32,000 bases of DNA from Nostoc punctiforme PCC 73102 (GTDB lineage: Bacteria; Cyanobacteriota; Cyanobacteriia; Cyanobacteriales; Nostocaceae). A model generated the notes under the pieces. The model was given only the letters and a program-made list of their open reading frames with translations. It did not search any database and was not told where the DNA came from. Below are positions 1 to 7,550 of this stretch, one piece after another (the stretch's first letter is position 1; each line of letters opens with the position of its first letter). Made by a program: the position numbers and the translations under genes. The stretch spans positions 1,770,001 through 1,802,000 of the forward strand of contig NC_010628.1 in assembly GCF_000020025.1 (NCBI RefSeq), written 5' to 3'.

Positions 1-1
1 A

Positions 2-831
2 AGCGTCCGCCACCCATCTGGTGGATGCGTTTGCCGTGCCTGTGCTACCCCTGACTTTCACCCAGGTGATGCGGGTGTTGCCATTGGTTCAATTGTAGAA
101 ACTGTGGGTCAGGTTATCCCTGGCACTGTCGGTTCTGATATCAATTGTGGAATGCGCCTGCACGTTGCTGATTTGACAATCGATGAATTCATGGCAAAGC
201 GCGACCAATTCGTCGAAAAAATGAAGGGGGATTACTTCTTTGGTACGCGTGATGTGACAATGACTGCTGAGGCAATGCGATCGCTATTTCAATACGGAAT
301 TCCTGGTTGGCTGGATGCCATGCTAGATCGGCCTACCGGGAGTGTAGTCAAATCTGATTTGCAGCAACTTACCCAAGAGAGCGAACGCATCTTCTTAGGT
401 GGTTCAATGGATGGTAACTGGAAACTCGCGCCTGAAGAATTGGTTCCCGATGCTGGAATAGTACGCGATGGTGGACTGGCAACTATTGGCGGCGGCAATC
501 ATTTTGTAGAAGTTCAGCGAGTTGATAAAGTCGAAAATCGCCCACTTGCCCACGCTTGGGGAGTGCGCGAGGGACAACTAGCTTTTATGATTCACTCTGG
601 TTCTAGAAACGTGGGTAAGTATATCGGGGGAATGTGGCGAGATAAAGCTAAGGCGACTTGGCAAAAAGGTCTGAAGTACCCTGATTCTCAGATTTTTCCT
701 CTCTCTACCCATTCTCACCCCGAATTAGTCGCCAGTTACCTGCAAGCTGAGGCAACTGCTGCTAACTATGCTTTTATTAATCGCCTGCTATTAGCAGAAC
801 TGCTACGTCTGCGTTTGCGAGAAGTATATAA
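2..831 (+). pseudogene. rtcB: RtcB RNA ligase, 5' part (open at left window edge, interrupted by an IS insertion)
   Basis: Frame 2 is open from nt 2. The translation contains RtcB-type segments PDFHPGDAGVAIGS, GSDINCGMRLH and GGGNHFVEVQ. RtcB-like sequence ends at ...LRLREVY (nt ~830), after which the frame runs into IS terminal sequence (NAIRFS*). Confidence 0.85.
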
Positions 832-2425
832 TGCAATACGGTTCAGTTAAGGCTCAAAGTGATGTAAATTAGGCATTGTTCCCAAGAATAGAAATTAAGT
901 ATCGTGCATCTGAGGGATTTTTCGTTGGTGTCTCCTGAGATACAAAACGCTGATTTGCTCAAAGCAATCGAGATGGCTATTCCAGCAACAGCAATTGAAC
1001 AGGCGATAAGCCTGCGGCATGGCTTCGCTTACCGCTAATATCCAAACTCAAGAAGAACGCAAACGATCATTACCAGCACAATTGGTGGTAAGCCTTGTAA
1101 TTGCAATGAGTCTGTGGTCAAAAGACTCGATGCGGGATGTATTGAAGAATTTGATTGATGGACTCAGTGAGGCATGGCTTAAGGTTGGTAAATACTGGCG
1201 AGTAGCTTGTAAGTCAGCCATTACACAAGCCCGGCAGCGATTAGGTGCAAGGGTAATGTGCAAATTATTTCATCAGCTAGTAAAACCAATGGCGACACAG
1301 GAGACATTAGGAGCGTTTCTCCAAGAACTAAGAATTGTAGTCATTGATGGCAGCTGTTTTGATGTTCCAGACAGCGATGAAAATGCGAGAGTTTTTGGTC
1401 GTCCTGGTAGCCGTCCTGGGACAAAAGCCGCGTTCCCTAAAGTTAGACTAGTATATTAGTAGAAGCAGGAACACATATAATATTTGATGCACTGATGTGG
1501 CCGTATCGCATCGGAGAGCGAGTACGAGCATTAAGATTATTACGTTCGGTCACACCAGGAATGTTGTTGATGTGGGATAGAGGATTACATTCCTACGCAA
1601 TGGTACAAGCAACAGTAACCAAGGGATGCGATTATTTAGGCAGAATACCAGCCAATATCAAATTTATTGCCGAAAAACCCTTAGAAGACGGCTCTTATTT
1701 ATCATGGATTTACCCATCGGGAAAGCTACGAAAAAAAGCTAGTCAGCCAATACTTGTACGCATCATTGAGTATACAATTGAGCATCCTGACAATCCAACC
1801 GAACAACTGACATATCGCTTAATTACTAGTTTATTAAACATTGAGAAATTTCCTGCCGAGTTGTTGGCGAGGGAATACCATCAGCGATGGGAAGTAGAAA
1901 ATACCATTGATGAGTTGAAAATACATCTTCTAGGGCGAAAAACTCATGTCCGTTCCCAAAAACCACGAGAGGTTGTGCAAGAAGTATATGCTTGGTTATT
2001 AGGACATTGGACAGTACGATTATTAATGTTTCAAGCTGCAACCAGTGCCGGAGTTGCTCCATTACGTCTTAGTTTTACCGGAACTTTACGAGTTATCCGT
2101 CGTGCTGTACCTAAGTTTCAACGTCTTAACTCTCAAGATTTGCCCCTTTTTTTGAGTGGTTGATCATAGAGATTCTGGATACATTGTTACCTGAGCGGCT
2201 TCATCGGTGTAACCCCAGGGTTGTGAAAAAACCTGTATCAAAGTTTCGCTCCAAAAAACCAAGCCACAGAGGCACTGGACAGCGAGTTGAGGCTCCTAAT
2301 TTCCATATCATTAATAACGCTTTCAGCTTTAACTTAACCGTATTGGTATATACTTAACCGTATTAGTATATACTTAACCGTATTGGTATATACTTAACCG
2401 TATTGGTATATACTTAACCGTATTG
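832..2425 (+). mobile_element. IS4-family insertion sequence (core 834-2345) plus amplified right-junction copies, inserted in rtcB
   Basis: The terminal inverted repeats match at 23/26 positions: CAATACGGTTCAGTTAAGGCTCAAAG (834-859) versus the reverse complement of 2320-2345, CAATACGGTTAAGTTAAAGCTGAAAG. The direct repeat GTATATA(A) at 824-831 and 2426-2433 restores a continuous rtcB frame (REVY|KDVE). An IS4-type transposase is encoded inside. Confidence 0.8.
904..2357 (+). pseudogene. IS4-family DDE transposase broken by at least 3 frameshifts
   Basis: Four pieces in frames 1/2/1/3 (904-1038, 1019-1459, 1459-2163, 2145-2357) together give one transposase. It has an IS4 N-terminal domain (AIPATAIEQAIS / QEERKRSLPAQLVVSLVIAMSLW). 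DDE motifs lie in VVIDGSCFD, LLMWDRGL and the Y-x2-R-x3-E-x6-K signature YHQRWEVENTIDELK. The C-terminal part reads NPRVVKKPVSKF. The last shift lies in the T7 run at ~2147-2153. Confidence 0.75.
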
Positions 2426-2432
2426 GTATATA
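2333..2432. repeat. 5 x 20-bp perfect-period tandem repeat CTTAACCGTATTGGTATATA (IS right tip + target-site duplication)
   Basis: Copies start at 2333, 2353, 2373, 2393 and 2413. The only difference is G->A at 2365. Each unit is the 13-nt IS right terminus (CTTAACCGTATTG) followed by the 7-nt target duplication (GTATATA). Confidence 0.95.
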
Positions 2433-2857
2433 AGGATGTGGAAGCACCTCTAATTTATGATTTGCCACATAACATCACCTTGCCAGAAGGTAAAGGATGG
2501 GTAACACGCAAGGGCGCTTGTCCCGCCCATGTAGGACAACCAGTGATTATCCCTGGTTCAATGGGTGCTTATTCCTATCTGATGGTGGGTAAAGGCAATC
2601 CAGCCTTTTGTAATTCAGCCTCACACGGGGCGGGAAGAATTCGTTCTCGCTTCGACCTCAATCGCAGAAGTGCATCTCAAAATGAGGCAGAACTGGCATT
2701 AACTGGGATAGACTGCATTACCTTGCGTGAAGAACGCCGCATTGAAGAAGCACCAGCCGCCTACAAACCGATTCAGTCTGTAATTGATGTGCAGGTTGAA
2801 GCAGAAATGGTGGACGTTGTGGCGCGATTGAGTCCAGTATTAACGTTTAAAGCGTAG
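2426..2857 (+). pseudogene. rtcB: RtcB RNA ligase, 3' part
   Basis: The translation VYKDVEAPLIYDLPHN...PGSMGAYSYLMVG...SASHGAGR...EEAPAAYKPI matches the RtcB C-terminal region, including the HGAGR active-site His region. It is in the same frame class as the 5' part, with a stop at 2855-2857. Confidence 0.85.
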
Positions 2858-2864
2858 CCCCTAA

Positions 2865-2902
2865 ATAAAAAGCCCCTGGTGTTGACCAGGGGTATCCATC
2901 TT
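2865..2902. terminator. Hairpin CCCCTGGT-gttg-ACCAGGGG flanked by an A-run (5') and T-rich tail (3'); possible bidirectional terminator
   Basis: An 8-bp GC-rich stem lies at 2873-2880/2885-2892. On the minus strand it is followed by CTTTTTATTT (strong). On the plus strand it is followed by TATCCATCTTTATT (weaker) and sits 15 nt after the rtcB stop. Confidence 0.6.
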
Positions 2903-3360
2903 TATTCCCTAATATTAGAATCGCATCTGTGAAGCTATGATAAATCCGTATAAATGCAATTAACGCATAAGCTTGATGATTATTTTGCAATCAGTTAGAT
3001 GGAATTTACCCAGTGTCATCAATGCTAGTTTTATCCCAATACGCTTGGGATAAGCCAGAAAGCCCTCGTATATAGACGCGATTTATCGCGTCTAAAAGAC
3101 TGATACGTTAGAGAAACGCGATAAATCGCCGTCCTGAAAGAGAATGTACTCGTCAATTATTCCTTGACAGACTACTATTCCCGACTTCTATGTACACCGT
3201 AGCCGTTTCGGGGAGAGGAATGGAAGTGGGGTAAAAAGTCATGCCACAAAACAAGAAATCAGTACTTTATGTATTTTTCTTTTTTCGTATGAAACTACCT
3301 AGCGTAGCCTGCCTTCGCAGGGGTACGCTATCGGCATTGCTTCTTTCTCTTCACTCGAGC

Positions 3361-3463
3361 AGAAAATAGGTTTAGCTCAGTGCTAAACCTACATATTTAG
3401 TGCTTAAGTAGACGTTTCAGATTAATTTAGACTGGCTTTTCTAGCAGTTCATCTTCCTATAGA
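3361..3463 (-). ncRNA. Candidate sRNA, array unit A
   Basis: Minus strand: GATACAGTCTATAGGAAGATGAACT...CTAAATTAAT...AGGTTTAGC-actga-GCTAAACCT-ATTTTCT (hairpin 3368-3390). Ends are approximate. Confidence 0.45.
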
Positions 3464-3493
3464 CTGTATCCAAATTTCTTGAAGACTTGTACA

Positions 3494-3594
3494 TAATAAA
3501 AGGCTTGGTTAAACCAAGCCTCTATATATACCAAGCATTTACTACACCAAGATTAATTTAGACTGACTCTTACTTTAGTTCATCTTCCTATAGG
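3494..3594 (-). ncRNA. Candidate sRNA, array unit B
   Basis: Minus strand: GATACATCCTATAGGAAGATGAACT...CTAAATTAAT...AGGCTTGGTT-t-AACCAAGCCT-TTTTATTAT (hairpin 3501-3521). Ends are approximate. Confidence 0.5.
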
Positions 3595-3642
3595 ATGTAT
3601 CTAAATATTCTGAAATCTGATATCACACTTCCTGGTTACTCT

Positions 3643-3747
3643 TTAAAAAAAGGTTTGGCTGTGAACCAAACCTCAATAATTGCTGTGCTTAACAACGTAC
3701 AAAATTAATTTAGTTCTACTCTCTATTACAGTTCATCATCCTAGAGG
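3643..3747 (-). ncRNA. Candidate sRNA, array unit C
   Basis: Minus strand: TATACACATCCTCTAGGATGATGAACT...CTAAATTAAT...AGGTTTGG-ttcacag-CCAAACCT-TTTTTTTT (hairpin 3651-3673). Ends are approximate. Confidence 0.5.
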
Positions 3748-4002
3748 ATGTGTATAAATATTCAGAAATTTGGTATTTCATGACTTGGTAAAAATCTTAA
3801 CTAATTTTTTGAAAAAATACACAAAAAATCTATCTAAAGTTATTCCTATTTAAAAATTTTTGGATTATGCTAAAGACTCTAATAACCAAGGTCGATTCTG
3901 ATATATCCCCTCTTTATTTTTTCTGGTCAATCCAGTGTATAATATAGTGCATCAATTTACTTCTACTCTGACAAAAGTCTATCTTTTACTTATAGTTTTT
4001 CT

Positions 4003-4032
4003 AAAAAAAGACCCTGGAATAATATCCAGGGT
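4003..4032 (-). terminator. Orphan intrinsic terminator inside the degenerate middle of the array
   Basis: ACCCTGGA-tattat-TCCAGGGT (4011-4032) is followed on the minus strand by CTTTTTTT (plus-strand A7 at 4003-4009). Only weak box-like sequence lies upstream on the minus strand (~4081-4115). Confidence 0.5.
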
Positions 4033-4475
4033 GCATACACGTTTTTCAGGCATTAACAGGCTGAATAATAACTTTGTAAAATAGTTATTTCTACTATCCA
4101 TAGAATGATACGAATATCGATCTATATATGGTATTGATGGTTTTTTGTTGCTTGTTCTATTGATATATAGTATTTAATAACACCAACATACATGTTTTGA
4201 TGAGCTTTTCTATTTCTTTAGGATAGTGTTCATCATTGTTTAGTATGATATGGATATATTATTAATAGGAAATTAGGGGGAATTTTGAACGTGATTTTTG
4301 ATTAATATTCATGCATCAAGTATGAAATCTAGGGTTGATATCCTGCAAGTACTCCGTTGAACAACTTGTAGATAGTCACCAATGCCTTAGAGAGGATGTG
4401 CGATAGGATATATGGGCTATTTTTTACTCACTAACTTGAAATATGTTGTATGTTTCAGTTGGTTACTGTCAGTCA

Positions 4476-4576
4476 CAAAAAAGGCATGGCTTTTAGCCAT
4501 GCCCTATATATACCAAGTGTTTACCATACCTTGCTAATTTATAATTACTTTGATTTCAGTTCATCCGTCTAGAGAG
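4476..4576 (-). ncRNA. Candidate sRNA, array unit E (most diverged 5' box)
   Basis: Minus strand: CTCTCTAGACGGATGAACT...TAAATTAGC...GGCATGGCT-aaa-AGCCATGCC-TTTTTTGTG (hairpin 4483-4503). Ends are approximate. Confidence 0.4.
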
Positions 4577-4603
4577 TGTTGACATATCCTAATGGTAGAC
4601 ATG

Positions 4604-4704
4604 AAAAAAGGTTTAGCACTCAGCTAAACCTTCATTGAAAGCAGTTATTCGACACACCAAAATTAATTTAGAGCTACTCTTAATTCTGGTCATCTTCCTC
4701 TAGG
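4604..4704 (-). ncRNA. Candidate sRNA, array unit F
   Basis: Minus strand: TATACATCCTAGAGGAAGATGACCA...CTAAATTAAT...AGGTTTAGC-tgagt-GCTAAACCT-TTTTTCAT (hairpin 4609-4631). Ends are approximate. Confidence 0.5.
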
Positions 4705-4902
4705 ATGTATACAATTTTTATAAAATCTGGTAACAAGCTCTATCGATAATATGAGAATTAGTTCAACCCCCTTTAGATAGATAATTTTTTCAATAGATGT
4801 GATTAAAAATAAAATTGATTGCGGATAAAATTAATCGCATTAAGGGACTAATTTAACAAAGCTTAAACAAAATTATTCTCAAGTTTTTGGTTGCATTAAA
4901 CT

Positions 4903-4920
4903 TAATACGGTTCAGTTAAG
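4903..4920 (+). repeat. Solo copy of the IS4-element left terminal repeat
   Basis: AATACGGTTCAGTTAAG (4904-4920) is identical to 835-851 in the left inverted repeat of the IS in rtcB. The flanks diverge and no transposase is adjacent. Confidence 0.7.
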
Positions 4921-4994
4921 AACAATAGTAGCGATTTATCACATTAATTCTGATAGCTGAATCAAATTTCAATTTATCTTCTTTCCTTCTTCCT

Positions 4995-5125
4995 TTACGC
5001 TCTACCCTTCGGGAACGGCTTCGCCGAAAGCGTTCTTCTCCTTTGGAGACGTTACGCATAGCTTGCTTCGCCGTAGGGCTACAAGTCGGGAAACTGCAAG
5101 GGCGCAGTGGCTCCCCAACCTACGC
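4995..5125. repeat. Cluster of GC-rich small dispersed hairpin repeats
   Basis: 5046-5077 (GAGACGTTACGCATAGCTTGCTTCGCCGTAGG) matches 15117-15148 at 29/32. 5078-5114 resembles the 56-bp insert in the IS630 transposase (shared CAAGTCGGG..AAC...CGCA.TGGCTC). The block is a GC-rich island in AT-rich DNA. Confidence 0.7.
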
Positions 5126-5898
5126 CAGTTTTAGTTATTTAGCTTTAAACCAAGCATTTTGGCATTAAAGTTCAAAAATAGCTCTAGTAAATTATATGCA
5201 TTGGCTCAAAACATAAAAGAAAGGGTGTGAATTGAATGAGATGCTATAAAGCTGTATATTCTCTTTACTGTTGTTTTTGTAGTATAGAATACTCACAATA
5301 ATCTCAATAGAATAATCTACAAACAAATTTCTGTATAGGTGTGGCCCGTCGTAGACATCGCGCTATAGTAAAGTAGTAGATAGCCTTGGACAAAAGATGA
5401 AAAGCTGCTTCTTTTCAGGAACATCTCAAAAATAATCTCTTGGTTTGCTCACTTGTAAAAACCTATTCAATCGCGTCTGTACAATCAATCAAGAGTGTGT
5501 CTAAATTATATACAGTACGTAAATTACAGTACATATTTTAACAGTTAACAGCTTGAATTACTTATTTATTTAGTATCTTTAAAATCTCAAAGCATACACG
5601 GTTCAAGCCGATACTGTTACAAATAATCATCCGATCTTTTTACATAAATTTATGGTAAACTTATCAAAAAAAATATCCTGTGATTTTGCGTATAATCGAA
5701 AAGTATCCGCTAAACTTATAAGCTTGAGGTTTTCTTAACTCAGCAATTTTTCTGTGGGTAAGAATTATCAAATAGGCAAAAGTAAAACACATTAGCTAAT
5801 TCTAACTGAGTACTATTCCATAGGTTCGCGCGAAGCCTCGTCTGTATCTCCCTAATAGAGACAGACGAGGAATCATAATAAAATCTTCTGGAGAAGAG

Positions 5899-6354
5899 AT
5901 GTATTTGGCACATTCATTCATGAGTGATGAAAAGCAGCAAAACTCTCACCAGCCTTTGATTTTGGCAGTGGAAGACCATGATGATAGTCTTTTGCTGATT
6001 AGTTATGCTCTTGAGTTAATGGGTTGTAGATTTATTTGTCAAACAGATTGCTCTGCAACAGTGCTGGTGGCTAAAGAATATCAACCTGACTTAATTTTGT
6101 TGGATATTTTGTTACCAGGTCTTAGCGGTATCGATGTTGTGCGTCATCTAAAGCAAGAACCCTTAACTTCCAAAATTCCAGCGATCGCAGTCACAGCTTT
6201 AGCTACCACGGAGGATCGAGAGCGTATCCTTAAGGCAGGATTTGATGATTATATCAGCAAACCCTATATGATTGAGGACTTAGAGGCTATAATTCGCCGT
6301 GTATTGGGAGGAAAATTCTCTCCTTACTCAGCTTTTGAACTTTGTCAAGATTAG
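5899..6354 (+). CDS. Single-domain CheY-like response regulator
   Basis: Receiver motifs are present: ILAVEDHDD, DLILLDILLPGLSG, AVTAL and ISKPY. The ATG is preceded by GGAGAAGAG. At 151 aa there is no output domain. Confidence 0.9.
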   Translation: MYLAHSFMSDEKQQNSHQPLILAVEDHDDSLLLISYALELMGCRFICQTDCSATVLVAKEYQPDLILLDILLPGLSGIDVVRHLKQEPLTSKIPAIAVTALATTEDRERILKAGFDDYISKPYMIEDLEAIIRRVLGGKFSPYSAFELCQD

Positions 6355-6386
6355 CAATCTAGCATAAAAATATCCCCGTGAAGAAG

Positions 6387-7511
6387 TTAAATGTTCTTAG
6401 GTAGTTGGACAGTGAACAAAGTACCTTTACCTACTTCAGAAGCAACCTGGATAGTTCCTGCGTGCCCTTCTACAATCCTGTGGGATAAATGTAGCCCTAA
6501 GCCACTACCTGAACGTTTATGTTTGCCTTGGCGAAATCGCTCAAAAATTGTTGCCTGATCTTCGGGTGCAATTCCATATCCTGTATCTTGTACCTCAATA
6601 GTTACCGAATCTTGATTTTCTGGAGAAGGTGATGTTTCAAAAATGCGGATTGAGATCCCTCCTGTATCTGTAAATTTGATGGCATTGGCGATCAAATTGT
6701 TTAGCACTCGCCGTAGTTCTAAGCGATCGCCCATAATAATCCCAGCATTTTTACTCAGTGGATTTAATTTACTGGTGTCTATTGTCAGGGTCAAACCTTT
6801 TTCATTCGTGAGAGGGCTTAGTTCGCTCACCACTTCTTCAGATATCTCACGTAAATCACATACTTCCCAATTCAACGTTTTTTTACCTGCCTCGAAGCGA
6901 TAGACTTCTAGGAGGGTGTTTACCATGTCCATCAAATTTTGGTTACTGCGAATCATAACTGCGATCGCCTGTTTCATTTCTGGCGAGATTTTGCAGAATG
7001 TTTCCATCTCAAACAAATTCAACATCCGATCGGCAGCTACTAAAGGAGTTCGCAAATCATGAGTCAGACGAGAAACAAAGTCTTCCCGTTGGCGGGTCAT
7101 TTTTTGTTGTTCGTCCAGACTGTGCTTGAGACGTAATAGCGATCGCACTCTTGCCAGTAGTTCATCAGTATCAAATGGTTTACGAATAAAATCGTCAGCA
7201 CCAGCATCTAAACCTTCGACAACGCTAGATTCATGAAAAGCAGTAATTAGCAGAATTGGAATATAACTAATTGCTGGGTTATTCCGAATCCGACGCGTGA
7301 CTTCATAACCATCCATCCCCGGCATCATTACATCTAACAAAATCAGATCGGGTGGAGATTTTTCAACTTGCCTTAAAGCCTTTATTCCATCTGAAACCAA
7401 ATCAATTTCATATCCCTCACTTTCTAAAATCGCTTGAACCAAAATCAGATTATCTCGAGTGTCATCAACTGCGAGAATACGATAAATTTTATTATTTTCA
7501 ACTACAGACAT
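6387..7511 (-). CDS. Hybrid response regulator / histidine kinase (REC-HisKA-HATPase_c)
   Basis: It has an N-terminal receiver (ILAVDDTRDN, DLILLDVMMPGMDG, IRKPF) and an H-box LTHDLRTPL. The N/G boxes are NLIANAIKFT, DTGYGI and GSGLGL. I saw no hydrophobic TM segment or PAS/GAF-length linker. Confidence 0.9.
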   Translation of the reverse strand: MSVVENNKIYRILAVDDTRDNLILVQAILESEGYEIDLVSDGIKALRQVEKSPPDLILLDVMMPGMDGYEVTRRIRNNPAISYIPILLITAFHESSVVEGLDAGADDFIRKPFDTDELLARVRSLLRLKHSLDEQQKMTRQREDFVSRLTHDLRTPLVAADRMLNLFEMETFCKISPEMKQAIAVMIRSNQNLMDMVNTLLEVYRFEAGKKTLNWEVCDLREISEEVVSELSPLTNEKGLTLTIDTSKLNPLSKNAGIIMGDRLELRRVLNNLIANAIKFTDTGGISIRIFETSPSPENQDSVTIEVQDTGYGIAPEDQATIFERFRQGKHKRSGSGLGLHLSHRIVEGHAGTIQVASEVGKGTLFTVQLPKNI

Positions 7512-7550
7512 AATCTATAAATTTTTATCAGTTTTTTGGGAAGTAATTTA

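Larger units (their letters stand above)
3361..4713 (-). repeat. Head-to-tail array of ~100-nt box-plus-terminator modules (5 conserved copies plus degenerate relics)
   Basis: On the minus strand each copy has the consensus (T/G)ATACA-TCCTATAGGAAGATGAACT, then N15-17, CTAAATTAAT, ~N30, a GC hairpin and a T-run. Unit spacing is 128-149 bp where copies are adjacent. Confidence 0.85.

Noticed and set aside
289-2062. ORFs 289-498 (-), 1048-1263 (-) and 1826-2062 (-).
   Set aside because: They are antisense to the rtcB and IS4 transposase coding sequence.
3241-3369. 42-aa ORF (MPQNKKSVLYVFFFF...).
   Set aside because: It is low complexity and runs through a hairpin repeat and into unit A's terminator. 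There is no supporting signal.
3446-4710. Small peptides encoded by the array units. On the minus strand, AGGAAG-ATG-AAC...; on the plus strand, ATG after CCTATAGG giving 11-38 aa.
   Set aside because: Reading frames and lengths are not conserved between copies (MN*, MNC*, 7 aa and 26 aa on minus; absent, 38, 11 and 14 aa on plus). The putative SD abuts the ATG with no spacer.
3361-4713. Possibility that the repeat array is a CRISPR array.
   Set aside because: The units are 128-149 bp with internal conserved boxes and copy-specific hairpins. This is not a short identical direct repeat alternating with unique spacers. The window has no cas genes.
3361-4713. Calling the array NsiR1 (or Yfr2) outright.
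   Set aside because: The tandem organisation is reminiscent of NsiR1. However, I see no TCCGGA DIF+ motif upstream of the units and no hetF nearby, and I cannot recall a matching sequence. It is left as an unassigned candidate.
2-4713. Link between rtcB and the RNA array, analogous to rsr-Y RNA-rtcBA operons.
   Set aside because: The RNA modules are on the opposite strand. There is no rsr/Ro gene in the window, and the units do not show an obvious Y-RNA-like long stem. Proximity alone is insufficient.
5836-5870. Imperfect 13-bp hairpin (CCTCGTCTGTATCTC...GAGACAGACGAGG) 28 nt upstream of the CheY-like gene.
   Set aside because: It could be a regulatory or terminator element. It has no T-run and looks like the other dispersed hairpin repeats, so no function can be assigned from sequence alone.
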